Origin: Klebsormidium nitens
Lineage: Eukaryota; Plantae; Klebsormidiophyceae
Reading direction: 5' to 3'
DNA length: 64,000 nt
NCBI GenBank assembly: GCA_000708835.1
Contig: DF237133.1
Coordinates: 1-64,000, forward strand
Numbering within the stretch: position 1 is the stretch's first letter; every line of letters starts with the position of its first letter. Position numbers and translations under genes: made by a program. Below, piece by piece: positions 33,141-52,749 of the stretch. Under the pieces are notes generated by a model. It worked only from the letters and a program-made list of their open reading frames with translations. It had not been told where the DNA came from and searched no databases.

Positions 33141-33768
33141 CATGCCCCAACCAAGGAGCGTAAATTGCCGCATATATGGCCATCATGCAACTAGCCCGAC
33201 CATGATGCGAGGACGTAAACGCCACGGTGTCTCATGTCAACCAATACTACAAAGCCGATGCAAAATGCAAAACCTTCGCATGTTATTCTAGAAAAGTGGC
33301 ATGGGCGGTGTGCATATGCGCCGCAAAACTTGACCGGACCGGGCCCGGGCCCGCGGGCAAACGCGTCTATATGCCATGACTTAAGTTCGCCTGGCACACT
33401 GAATGCATCTGTCAATCCGCATACATGCAATGATGGACAAATACGCATCGATTGTTTGCTCATTGCTAACCATTTGAACACGGCCCAAGGCCGGCACTGA
33501 GCGCGGACATTTTTGTGGCGATATCCGGCCCTATGTACATGCATATGCGCTTTGGAAACAACGCGAACCGCATGACTTCCATGCAACTTTTGTGCGTATG
33601 TGTGCATGTTACACAGATGGCAGCCCACGAAAGTGCCCGCCTATCCACGCTCTTCGAAAGTAGGCTGATGACATGTATGCTTTTCGGCTTGCACATGACC
33701 GGGATAGAAGAACCTGCGCACCTTTCCTACATATTTACACTTCAACAGCGAAGCTGTCCCGGTGCTCG

Positions 33769-39795
<6,027 letters not shown>

Positions 39796-40881
39796 CTCAA
39801 CCTACACGTTACTGAGAACTCGTCACATGGATGTCCCAGAACCCTAATCCTGCCGCGGTCTCCGAGGAGACAGATGCGTCCAGCTTAATGCTACTAGGCC
39901 CCAAAAAAATAGCACCGTTGACAGCATCCACCACAGGACTGCTAGTTGCCCGGTCGTGCCTTGAACATTCTACTGCTGAGTGTTAGGTGCTGCTACTCGC
40001 AAGCGAGACATATCGCCAACCGTTTTCTTGTTTGTTTCTAGCTAGCAAGGTCCTGTGCAGCATGGAAGGCAGGCCCGCATTGCTGCTTCAGAACTCCATT
40101 GGCACATGAGGACGACTGCCAGAACAGCAAACAACCATTATGCTCCTCGCATGACGGTTTGCTTCTCCTCCGTCGGAGTCCGAAGGCAAATTGCCTTCTT
40201 GCTGCACCAGCTCAGCGCTTGTTCCAATATAGATTGCGTGCAGAGGAATCGGCCAAAGTTGCCCGGTTATGATACATTCGGGCTCACCCACCCGCCTTGC
40301 CGGCACCCGGTACGGTCTACCGGTCGAATAGAGGACCCTCTTGGAGAATTCAATTCAAAATTTCAAAATTCCAGCTCCATCTTCATCACCTTAGGCTCTG
40401 TAAGTATTATAGGCTCCCGACGTTCCATTCAATCCTTTCCTTTCTTTGCTTCTTTAACCTACTTTTTAACAAAGGATGCTGCAACGGCTGTGGCGATGGG
40501 GTGACCGTGGGGGCTGGCATACCGTAGGTCCAGGCGACAGGCTGTATAGTAGAAGGCGTATCCTGAGGAGAAGAATCAGCAGAATCAGCAGAATCTATGG
40601 GAGGGGGCAAAAGGCCTCAAAGAAAGGGGACACCCAGCTCTAGGAAACAGGCAATAGGCAAACAGCGGCAGCGTGCGTAACCACTTGAATCCAAAAGCAG
40701 TAATTGTGCCGGTAGCTTTCAAAATTTACGCTATGTCTGGACACTCTGGGTCCATGTACATAGCATTGAGTAATTCCAAGTGAGGGGGGCTTTCCCCAAC
40801 GTTCCGCTGACTGTTGTTGGGGAGCCAGGATGCCGCCAGACTGCTAGCAAGGTCATCAGTACCGAAATTACCGGGTCAATC

Positions 40882-43800
40882 ATGGGGGACCATGTCGTGG
40901 ATGTTTCACTAACGGTGGACGGGGCCAGAAGCAAGCTGCCTGTTCCGGAGACCTCTATGAAGGTTCTGCTAGGAAAGCTAGGTAAGCCAGGCTGCCTGTT
41001 TCTTACCAGGCCTGGAACGAGGGTGCCAGAAGTAACCTCAGAGAGGCCACAGAGGTCAGCAAGAACCTGGTAGTTGAGAAATATTAGGCACCACCTTAGA
41101 GGGTCGAAGGCGCTTCTTTGGCATCGTTCCAATTTGCAAGGATAACCTCAAAAACTTGGACGCAAGCATGTCTTTCTGCCCTTTCGTGTGCTGGCGAGCA
41201 CTTTTGAGACCTTTACAATCCTTGAGAGATTCGCGCTTACATCAGTGTATGAATGTGAGGGAAGTACCCACTGTACCTCCAAGTAAAATTACACATTTTC
41301 TCTTACCAGGCCACCCTCTGCCTGAGGTCCGGTGCCGCAGTCTGCGGAGCCTCAAGCTGAAGATGGAGCACGGCTTACTGCGCCTGGCAGACGCTGCGGA
41401 GGAGGAATACTTGCTGCGGCAGCTTTTGGAATGGTTCAATCGAGAAGGCTGCCAGCAGGAGGAAGAGGTTCTGGGGCTACTGGCACAGCTGGCACAGGTA
41501 GTCTTGCATCTAAGTTTTTACTGGGGCATGGTGGTGTAACCTGTGAACTTTCCCATAGCAGCACCTTGAGGCTGAGTGTCGTTCATCAACTTCCCCATTG
41601 CCCCACATGACAGACTGAGCGGGACGTCATGGCTGTTGGTAAAATTACCTTCTTTCTTCTGAGTAGTTGGCTCATGAACTACAGGGGCAGCCACAATCAA
41701 GAAGTTTTGAGCATTGATCCAGTTCTGTGCTGCGTTTCAAGCTTGGCAACAGGAATTGGGGAGTGCGAGTCTCAATCGGATAGGTGACGTACTGACCTGG
41801 AATTCAACTCTTGCAGCGGGCGCGAGCACGGCTCCTACTGTGCGACCTCGGCGCTCTCGACTTCCTCGAGACCATGCGCGCGCACAGCCCTGCCCGCCTC
41901 CACCCCCCCATTGACAAGCTCGCCGCAGTGCTCCTGTCAAACCCCCAGCCTCACCAACCGGACACCACAGAATCTGCAAACCCAAGCAGAGCAGGGCCCG
42001 CTCTTGCTCAGCCTCTTCATACCGAGCAAGATTCTCGACATGGTGCGCCCTCATTCAGAGTGACTGAGAGAAGGTCGGGGCAAGGGGCACCGTCAGACCG
42101 GGCTTCTCTTGCTCCTGGGGTAACCCGCCCCCCTGTTGCAACAAAGACCTGGGAGGAGGAAGGAGGGGAGTTATTACAAAACCCTTTGAGTCTTGCCTCC
42201 ATTTTGTCGCGTCCTCCTGCTCAGCGGGGGGTACAACCGGAACCCCAGCCGCAGCTTCGGCCCCACCCCCCCGGAAGGTTCAAAGACCCCCCCAAACTAG
42301 CGGAGGAGCCGTTGCCTGACCTGTGGCTTCCGGAGGTTCCTCTACGGCCCTCCGACGACCAGTACCTCTTTGAACTCAACCTCAAACTCCAGTGTATCGG
42401 CGACCCCCGGATCGTTAGAGCGGCGCTTGCAGAGCTTTGCAATAGGGCGGTTCACGATCTCCCCCCTGAGGCGCTCCTGCAGAAGCACCCCATCCTAGAT
42501 AGCGTCCTTTCCCTGGCGCACCCGGTGGGGTCTCCCGGCGACCTCGACATAGCGGCGCTTAACTTTGTGGCCGCCCTGGTGAAGCGCACGGGGGGAGCAC
42601 TGCGTCTATCTAGAGACGAGAGCTTTGCGGTGCACCTGGGAGGGGAGTCCGAGCCGTCAAACGTGTCGCCGAACCATCCGACGTCGTTTCTCAGGAGCAG
42701 CTACCCGATTGCAAAACGGGCACGCACGTCCAAAGGAGAAGCGTTCGGCAAGCTTCGGGGGAGGATTATCGGGGAGCGGGTTGTGGACGTGAGCAAACAC
42801 ACGCACGAGATTGCGATGCACATGCTGAAGCTGCTCGCATTGGAGAAGCGGCTGGAAAGGGCGGTGGGCATTCTCCGGGAGTTGCTGCCCTTGTTGCGGC
42901 CGCAGGAGGAGGGCCATGGAGAGAAGCTCGGCTCCAAGGTAAGTCTGTCTAGGTACGGTTCTAGGATCTCGGCTGTTGTTGTGATCGTACTCAAAGAAAG
43001 AACGGATTGGTCTAGCAAGTCCAGAGGATTTTTGGCGGCAACTCGCGGCGCTGTTGTGTGTGCTCGCAGGAAACGAGCAGGCAAGTGTGCGGCTAAAGGG
43101 GTCGTAACGTGATCCACGACGTCCATCAAACTTCCATCGAAGCTGTAAATTTCTTTTTTGAACTCCACCCTCACCAATTCTGGTACCTTTGGAAGATCCT
43201 TCTGACCACTACAAACTCAGAAATAAGCTGCCTGCAGAATTCACAACTGTTTCGGACGAGGCTTATGTTCTACCCTAACCGTTGCTTAACCCGTGAATAA
43301 CCACCCTGCAGACCCGAGTGCGCTTCGCCCAATACTTCCACATAGTCACTGACGCCCTCCACTCCCATACCCACTCCTCCCCTAGCCCCCTCACTCAACT
43401 CACCGGCGTCACCCCCCCAGCCGACGCAGACCTTGCTTCCGCGGCAGCAGCCCTGCCGCCCTTTCTAGTTGTCCTCTCTGTCGGCTGTGCTTTGGTGCGG
43501 CTGCTGCCAGCAACTAGTGTGGGAGAGATTGTGCCAGCGGCGCTCGCAGAGGCGATCGGCGCAGTGGCGCGGGACGAAGTCTTGGCAGCCTGCGTCACGG
43601 GGGTTCGGACCGAGGTATGTGGAATCATCTTTTGGAACTCCGTCACTCTCTTCTCATGCGCTTAGGTTGCAAGGATTCAGGAAGGTCGAGAGGGCACCGG
43701 AAAGAACTCTTATTGCTTGGGAGTGTCGAGCGAGACTGCAAACGATTGCTCGTCAAGTTCTGTGCTTGGCAGCTCCTCTCAGCCCGCTTTCGTAATTTTG

Positions 43801-46800
43801 GCAAGCTTTTTTGGAGCAATGCGGAGGACAGCAGTTGGTTCTTGACACCATTGCGTGGGTCCATTTTGGGGCTGAGAGCCTCTGTATTCGGTGTAGACTA
43901 CCTAGTACAAGCCTTTTGCCAGAACCATTGGTCGGCTAATTCAGGCTGTCTTTGTTTTTGCTGACATATGCTTGGGCCATGAATCCATCGAAACCACCTC
44001 TCTGTTCTAGTGGGGTTTCCGACTGCTTTTGCTTCAGATTTACGCTGGGGCTCCGGGTGCCTTTTCTGAGGTCGGTGGGACGAAACAAGCTCGGCGGCCG
44101 TACCCAAAGCGACGCCCTCATCCATTTCTGCTTTTGTGTCTTTTCAGATGCTGCCTTACCTCGCCGTTTTGGACCCTCGGCTCCATCAACAGCTCTCGCA
44201 AGCCCAGTACGCATACTCGGCCTCAAAAGCCGCAGCTTCGGTCCTCTCTCGTTACAAGAACCCAGACAGCTCCAGAGAAGCCGACCCGAGTCCGGAAAGC
44301 GTCGAGAAGTCTGGCTCCGCTTTGGAAGCGCTGGAAACGGTTCTCGCAGCGGTCTCGTCTTTGGCGTTCTCGGGAGACGAAGAGACGGCTCGACAGATGG
44401 TGGCGCTAGTCAAAAGAGTCCTTCGGGAGCGGAGTCTGGCGGAAGAGAGGCGGATCCCAGGGGAAAAGGGGGCTTTGCCAGCGGAACGTGGAGGAACGGC
44501 AGCGGAACGGCGGGCTTCGACCGCAGAAGGAGAGCGGAGCTTTAGAGAGGAGCAGGGCAACGAGCCGAGTACTTCCGAGGGGCGTCGTTCCGACGTTGAG
44601 GCTTCAGCGGAGAGTGACGTCAGTAGAGTAGATGACGGAAGCAGAAGCGAGTTAACGAGAGAAGGGCGCACTGGAGAGAAAGAAGGGGGCCAGTCATCGG
44701 ACGGCCCAGAAGCAACGGGACATGCAGCTGAGTTCATGCGGATGGCTCGTGGCGTCATCTTGCGCCTGATCACCCACGAGAGCGCGCGGATCCGTCGGGC
44801 CGCTTACGAGGGTTTGTTGAAGGCATCGACGGGAAACGGACGCCAGAGTGGGGAGGAGGCGACAAATGCGGAGGTGGCTTTCGTGGGTTGGCTAGCTGCA
44901 TCGAATGAAGTGGTGGTCGAGGTGCTGACACGTGGCATTCACCAGGAATCAACGGCCGAGGTGAGGCGACGCCAATCGTTTTCTGCTAGCTTGAAACGTC
45001 AGATTGCTGTGCCGATGGTTAGGGGGCTTTCTTCGAACCTCAAAAAGAGTTTGGAAATGTTTCTTGTCGTTCGACTCAAGAGGATAGATGAGAGGGAACA
45101 GTGGTTGGAGAGAAAACACATCGGACGTCACTGCTGGGAAGGCTACACCATATCAAATCCTGCGTGACGGGTTGGCGTCATCGGCTCCCCGCTTTCCCCG
45201 ACATGACAGTCCATTTCGGAATGGAGGACTGCCATTTTTGCAGTAATGCATCGTTTAGAGGCAGAAGCTCTTCCAAATGGATCCTCAACAAAGCCTAGAA
45301 CATGAAAGCTGCCACTTCCTTGCGCCTTAACCCTTCGATAGTGACTTCCTACATGGGGCCTTGAAACGAGTCATAAAAAAAAACACTCATGATAGACTCG
45401 AACCTGACGTTTTCGCACTCTATAGCCTGCTGCGGCCCTCTTCCTGCACCTGGTCGACTCCGTCCCTCCGTCCGAGCGGGCGCGCTTTGCGTCCGCACGT
45501 CCGTGGCTGTCCGGCTGCCTCGACCTCCCCCGGGCCACGTCGGCGGCCTTCGCGGCTTCCGGTCTCATCACCCGCTCCCTCGAAAGCGCTGTCACGCAAG
45601 CCCGCATCCAAAATGCGACTGGGGGATCCCTCCAAGGGGCGGAGGAAGCACCCGGGAAGGAGCGACGAATTCCGGGGGAACGTATTTCCGGAACAGAGGA
45701 AGCGGCTGGAGGGGAGCGAGGGATTCAGGGGGCCACGTGGCAGGAACTGGAGTGGGAGGAGTTGCGGTGGAAGTTGATGGGGTTGTTGTCCAAGAACCCG
45801 GCGGTGCGTGCAGAAAGCTCGGCGGATGTAAGGGACAGTCTGAAAGAGCTAGGGGAGGGGCTCTCAGGGCTTTTGCTGGGCGGTGGTCTAGCCGAAGACG
45901 GATCAGAAGACGTCAGCGATCCATTCCGTGATCTGCTGGTCGACGTGCAAGCTCTAGGAGATGACGTCAGTACGGAAGTTGTGGAAACGGTCCCCGCTCG
46001 GGAGCTCCCCGCGGCAACAAGGCGTGACGCCGAGTCGTTGCTGGCGATCGTACGGTCGCCGCACGTCGAGGACGCCATCCGACGTTCTGCATTGGAGCAG
46101 CTCCGCGCGAGTACCGCAGATCGACGGCTGGAGACGCTCCTCGCAGAAGACGAACGGCTGCTAGAGCTTCTGGTGGGCGAGACGCTCAAGTGGGCGCAGG
46201 ACTGGGGGTCGCCGCTCGACTGCCTAGAACTAGCGGAGCGAGAAGTGCGGGGAGAAGAGCGAGGGTCTGGTGGGTTTGGGCTCTCGGCTTTGGGTTTGCT
46301 CGCGCGCCTTTCGAGCTCCAAACCGGCACGGAAATGGTTGCTGGGCGATCCGACGGCCAGGATCCACCCGCTCCTTCCCCTGGTCTTCCATCCGACGGTC
46401 GAGGTGCGCCGCGAGCTAGGGGCCCTGCTGACGGCGCTCCTCTTCTCGGCCGACGAGTTGCTGACGTCACTGGGCTCCGCCGGGACAAGTGTCCCGGTCA
46501 CTGTACATATACCTCCGGCAGCCTCGGAAGCGATCGGGGACTCTGAACCGAGGACGCCGGTGCCTCTCCCTTTGCTGGCGAGCTTCGCATTTCCCTGCCC
46601 GGTAGTTCCCGCCCGAGTGGCCGGATCGCTGCCGGAAGATAACGGCGAAAGGCCGGAGCTTCAGAAAGTGAAGCGGCTCTTGGAGCAGATGAGGCTACTA
46701 GAAGACGGCCCGATTCCGGCGTGGGAGAAAGTGGAGCGGAAGAGGGGGGCGGGCGGCGACCTTTCGCTGGTGGAGCGACAGGCATGGGCGGCCGTCCCGG

Positions 46801-49800
46801 GACTGCTACCCGAAAAAGTGTTTGACACTATTCTGCGACAGAATCAGGAAGCGCAGGTTAGTTTGTTGCGCATAACCTGTTCACACTTTCCCTCACTTTC
46901 ATCCGAAACGGTGCGTCTTCTCAACCAGATGGTCTCCTCCCGTCTGCCCCTGAATTCCGGTCCGAGGTCTGATACGTAGACCTCTTTGGACATTTGGCAG
47001 CCGCAAACTAGTTGCCCAACTCAGAGAGATCTGCTAAGGTGCGCGAAAGTCCGTTCAGTTGCAGAATCGCATGTTACCTGTCGATAATGCAGGATTATGT
47101 GTAACCCTTTCGCCGCAAAGGCATGCCACCAATGCGGTCCACGCTGCGGTCGTCGAAGAAGTGTCCGAAGTCGATCATCTCATTGTTTGGAGTCGCACCT
47201 TCAAGTGGGTCCCCCGTCTTGGGCATCCCTGATTGTCTAATCTGAGCCCACTCGACTCCAGCTCCCTCCTTCTTTCTTACAGTCTCACGACGACTGCCGG
47301 CGCGCCCTCGCCTCCCTTTCCCTCCACGTCATCCAACACCCCCTCCGTGCCCGTCTCCTGGCCCAAGCCCCATGGCCCCCCGCCCTGCAACGCTTCCTCT
47401 CGGTCCCCCCCATCAGCGAAGAGGACCAGTCGCTCGCTTGTCTAGTTCTTAACCACATTCTCACCATGCTACGTTTGGGGGCAATGCCTTCCGGAGGACT
47501 ACTGCTGCTCGCTAGAATAGCGAGGGACGTCTCGATTCCTCTCCTGGCAAGAAGCTGGGGAGAAGGAGAAGTGAACGGTCTCAGGCGTGAATCAGAAACA
47601 GAGGCTCGCCGGCGAGAGGGAAAGGGCGGTTTGCGTTCCGGCAGGGGGTCCGGTTCAGACTGGGAAGCTGCCCCCCCTTTCTCAGAGCGCCTGCTCGAGT
47701 TTGTTGTCGAGCTGCTGACGTCGGCAGGGGGCCAGGGCAGCCGCCACGTGGCAGCACAGGTCTGCGAGGCGCTTTTGATCTCGACGGGCTTCGTAGAACG
47801 GCTGGTCGCCATAGCGCGCTCCGAGCGCAGCCCGATGGGCATGCGATGCCTCGCTTTACGGGGCCTCGAAGCGACGGCCGCCCTAGTCCCTCATTCCCGT
47901 GCTTCGGAGGCCTTGCAGAAGCAGGTTTGCGAATCGGTTATCCCCCTGGTTAACCTAGTCATCTCTCTTTCGGGCCAGCCGAAGGACGATGCGCCCCCGC
48001 CGCGGCGTGCGCTCCTGAAACAGGGCCTCTTGGCCCTCCGAGCGGTAACGGTTTCTGCCGGGCCCCGTTTTTGGGACCGCGGCTGGGCGCGCACTGGCGC
48101 GACGTTCTGGCTGTCGCGCCTCGGCCGCGACCACGAGGCTTCCGTCCGGGCGTCCGCGTTCGCGCTGCTCGCGAGCGCGGCGTCCGAAGAGGCGCCGGGA
48201 ACGCGGCACATGCTGGGTTCCTATTGGCCGGAGGTCGCCCACGTGGCCGCGAAAGCGGCCCTGGATGTGCGGGAGTGTTACGCGGTCCGGCAGGAGGCGC
48301 TGCAATTCATCGCTATGGCGGGGAGGGCGGAAAGAAGTGACCACTCGGTGGGGGGGGTCTTAACCGGGGAGGAAAGAACGGCCCAGGCTGCGGAGGGTTC
48401 CGGGGACTCCAACCGGGGAAACGAGGATGACGTGGAAGTGGCGTCAGCTGCACCAGAGCAGCCACACGCCGAAGGAGCGGGGCCGGAAGAACTGCACGAC
48501 GAACGCGCACCTCTGACGTCAGCCCCGCTTACAGAGATTTCGGAGGGCGCGCTAGACAGAGACGAGGCCAGCTTCTTAAGCGGCGTTCCGGAACGGGGGG
48601 GCGGCTTGGGCTTAGAGTCAGCCCTGCGCCGGGAGGGGTTCTGGGAGAGGCTCCCGGGGCTAGTCCTCGAGAAGGACGCGACCGCGGGATTCTTGCGCGC
48701 GCTGACGTCATTGCTCGCGGCGCTGACGTCAGAGGCGCTGCTTGACGTCTTGGAGGTCCCGGCCATGTGGCCCCGGTTGCTTCAGTTGCTGAAAGTCCCA
48801 ACGGTCGGCAAAGCGCAGGAGGCTCTTTGCGAAAGTACTGGTTTTGAGGGCAGGGTTCTGGGGATGTCCGGCCTTCTCGATCGGGTGGCGTCGGCCGGGC
48901 ACGTGGCTGAGGTTGTGGCGAGGGTGGGACACGTGTCGGAACGTCACAGGGCGATGCTGATGGGTAGGCTCGGTGCGGTGCCTGCTCTGGCGGAATCGTT
49001 CTGCGCCGTATCGAAGATGGGCAAGAAGTGGCCCACTGAGGTAGAGGCTTCGATGTCGAAAGAGAAGTGGTTGCTAGAGCGAGAACGGGCGGTCGCTTTG
49101 GAGAGTCTAGCTTCGGCGCTGAGTGCTGCTAGCTACTGGAAGGCTTCGACGAGTGCGAGTTCGGGGTTGTTCTGTAAAAGTGACACGTGGCCGAGCGAGA
49201 GCGCCTTGAGGAAGGTCGTTGCGGCGACGGCCGAGTTGTTGACGGATGAAGAAGAGGGGGCGGAAGGGGCGCGGAAAGCGGCAGAGCGGAACGGGAATGG
49301 GGGAAAGAAAGACGACGTGACCCCTGTGAGCGGACTAGAGCTTGCCGTCTGTCGCCTGGTCGCTTCGCTCCTCACAGACGGCCCAGCAGCGGCGAAGCTG
49401 TTGGGTAAGGAAACAGACAGCGGCTCAGGGGCGCCGGATTCCGGTGGGCCCCGGAATGGCGGAGCTGATTCCGGCGGCACAGAGGAAACGGCAGCTAAAA
49501 GGTCTCCGCAATTTGACGGCGATAACGGACTAGGCGGAGCGCTTTTCGACGGTCTACTTCCGTTATACCGCGAGGTCCGCCGCCGACGAATCGAGGCCCT
49601 GTCTTTGGGCAAATCGTCCGAATTACTATCTTGCTCCGAAGCCTTCGCGGCTGTCGGCGGGGCCCTCCGTGCACTCGTCGCCTTCAGCAAGGGCGCGAAA
49701 GCGCGCGCGTCGGAAAATGCCTTCCCGGCGACGCTGCTCGAGAACGCACGCGACACCCAGGCGCTGCTGCGGCTGGAGAGCCTGCACCTGCCACTGCCCA

Positions 49801-52749
49801 ACCAGGGCGCGCTACGTCAGCACCGGCGCGAGGGCGCCGTCGTCACGGTGACGTCAGCAGGGCCCCGGAAGAAAGGCCCCGTCCCGCACGGCGCGCAGCG
49901 GGCGCCGCAGCGGAAACGGGCGGACCCACCGTTTGCAAGGCCCTCGGAAACCGAACCGGATGGGACATCTTCTAGGCCGCAGAGCGGAGCGGTTGCCGAG
50001 GGGGCGGGCGGCGAGAAGGTGACGTCAGACGTGACGTCAGGCGCCTTGCTGGAGGACTTGCTGCTGTCGCTGAGCCTGCTGAAGCACCTGGCGTACGGCA
50101 GCGCCGAGGCGGCGGAGGCGATTTTGGACGCGGGCGCGCTCACGCTGGTGCGGGACACGTGGAACTACGCGCAGGCGGAGGGTGCCGTAAGTGCCATTTC
50201 CGTCACTTTCGTCATCAATTTTGCCGCCTTCCGTCCGATCACCTTTCCACACGCATTGCCGGTTCTCGAGAGCAAAAGAACTCTCTCTTCACGATCTTTT
50301 CTCCACTTTCGAGAGCCTGACTCCTACCAAAAGCTATTCGCCCACCCTGGCCGATTCTTGCTATTCGAGCTGCTTAGTCAACCCTTCTTCTGGGCCCATA
50401 TCAGGTCTTGCACGAGATTCTCGGCGTCCTCTGTAACCTGGCGGCAGTCAGCGAGGTCGCCAGGCGGGCGATCGCGCTTGAAGGCCAGCCGATCATCGGG
50501 GGTGGCGGTGGCAAAGCGACCGTCAACAAGGTGGGCATTCCCACCACGCTCCCATTCTTCGGCGAAAAATGGATGTTGACCACTTAGCGTCTTCTAAAAG
50601 AACTGTTTGCGTTGCCTGCGACCTCGTTTTAGCCCCGGGAAACGACTTGAACGTCCAAACGCAAGTGCTCTCCTTGCAGTAAAATGATGCCCTGCGGCAT
50701 ACGCGCTATCACTGCCAATCACTGATAGTTACGTTCCTGATTTACTCAGTGATTTACCTGCGCTTATTGTCTTGATGTCACCCGCTGCGAGAGGCATCAG
50801 ATCCTTTCTGCCGGGCCAACCCTCACTTACTTCTTCATGGTCTCACCTCAGCGGAAATGTGGCAGTCTGGACAGGTCGAACGGAGGATCCCTTGCTGGTC
50901 GTCCGGGCTTTGTTATTTTTTCGCAGCGCAGCGCCGGATTATTTATCAGAAAAGCAACCCAATCCTTATTCATTATCTTTGGATTCGTTTCTAGCGTGCC
51001 GCTTCCTCACAAGCGTATTCCACTCCCTTGCTCTCAGGGCCTGGTGATGCTCGGCGTGGTGAAGCTGCTGGGGCGACCGTCGTTGGGCGGCCCCCTGTTC
51101 CTGGTCGCCATGCAGCTCATGCAGAGCCTGGTCATGAGCCCCGAGCCGCGCACCGCCCTCCTTCGAACGTCCTTCCTCATCGACGCACACCAGACGCTTC
51201 AACGGGCGGTTGCCACAAAAGATCTCCAGAAGCAGGTGCGTGACGTCAGGGTGACGCCGGCGTGTCGCTGCCTCTAGCCACGAAACGCAAACTCAGCTGC
51301 AATGTTGTGCGGCCTCGGAGACCTTGTGCTCTATGGGAGGCAGTCTTAGAGAGAGGGTAGAAGTGAGACCCAGAAAAACGATTGGCGGTTTTGGAGGCGC
51401 GCTTGTTGCAACACAGTTTCATTGTCATATGTCGATGTCGAGGACTGCAGCTATTCGTGACTAGCAAAAGCCGACGAACCGCCGAGTGCCTTTTACGACG
51501 CGTTGAAGCACTCTGATATCAGCACGGCGCGACAGAAAGCAAAATCTGCTGCTTGTTCTTACAGGATGCAATCCTGAACGTCCTCGCCAATCTTGCGGCC
51601 TTTTCCGACGGGCAGAGGGCGCTGCTCAAGTCGCTGGCGTTGTCGGGGCTCTTTGATCTGGTGAGGGAGTCGAGCCAGGAGGCTTGGATCGTCGGATATC
51701 TTGCTTGTATTTGTGAGAGTTCTTGCTTATCCTTGTGAAAGATCCTTGAGCTGACTTTTCTGCGATAAGCAAGTAGACAAGGCTTTGAGCGGATCATTCG
51801 CAGGCCCAAGAAGCTCTGAAAGTACTACAGGTTTTCTTTGTTACCGCTTGGAAAGGTGCCGCGCCTTGAGCATCTTTCCAGTCCGCTCGCGTGTCCGCTT
51901 TCGTCAGCATTTGATTCTCTGGTGACCAAACCTGTTAGGTGTTTGTCGACTATCTCAACTACTTTGGCGAGTTTCAGCATTCCACCAAAGCTCGGATGAC
52001 TGTATGTCAGCATCATTGCATCTTGTCAGGAACGGAAGCTTTCCAAGTTATTTTCCGCTCCCCTCTTTCCTACAGCTCATCACAAGAATTCACGAGGGCC
52101 GAAAATATGTCGCAGCCGTCGGATCTTGACTAGGTCAAGTCTTCAACCTCCAGCCTCGGGCAGTCCAAGTGCGATTGAACTGAGTTTCGGATTCGGTTCA
52201 AATTGAACAGGGGCACAGCGCGCTAATTTTAGAACAAATGTGAATCGTCGATATTTTGACGTTGAAAGATACACGGTAGCGACACAATATTGTACTGTCC
52301 TTCAGCCTCCCCAGCCATTTCAATCTTTTGCGGTCCTGCTTTCCCAGGTGCTCGACATCGCTGCCTCCAGCCCCGGATCGACTGCCGCTTCCGCGCTGCT
52401 CCTGCTCCGCAACCTGGCCTTCGCCCACGAGAACAAGGTCCACTTCCTTTCGAGCCCCCGCGCGCTTCCCGTCCTGCTGACAGCTGTCACGGACGCCGCC
52501 CCAGCTGGCACCAACGGCGCGCGCACGCCAAAAAGTGCTGTTATGCGCGAGCAGGCGCTGGCCGCCTCCGCTCTCTGGGCGCTCGCGTACAACGACCAGC
52601 GGGTGGTTGCTGCGCTGCGGTCTGCCGATGCGTTGCCTAAGTTGGAGGGATCCCTTCGCAGCCTGCGGAGGGAAAGCGGCGCCAGGGGGAGAGACGTCAA
52701 CAAGCATGCTGAGGAAGCGCTTGAAAAAGTCGTCCAGCTGATGCGATGA
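40882..52749 (+). CDS. RTTN: Rotatin (RTTN/Ana3 family centriole/basal-body protein), multi-exon with very large internal exons
   Basis: N-terminus LLGKL|GHPLPEVRCRSLRSLKLKMEHGLL..LLRQLLEWFN..EEEVLGLLAQL matches RTTN_N (cf. human [34 protein letters not shown]). Also QCIGDPRIVRAALAEL..DLPPEALLQKHPILDSVLSL, and C-terminal LLLLRNLAFAHENKVHFL..AASALWALAYNDQRVVAAL. ARM-like helical repeats throughout. Internal exon boundaries were only partly verified. Confidence 0.9.

Noticed and set aside
40407-40610. ORF with a DSADSADS repeat as a possible first HAM coding exon
   Set aside because: Its donor phase (1) does not join the next acceptor in frame (it gives AGT-TGA), so it is more likely 5'UTR or promoter with a 9-bp microrepeat.
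44029-50158. Many long antisense or alternative-frame ORFs over the rotatin, EX1 and MCM5 exons
   Set aside because: Shadow ORFs expected from GC-rich codon bias on the coding strand.
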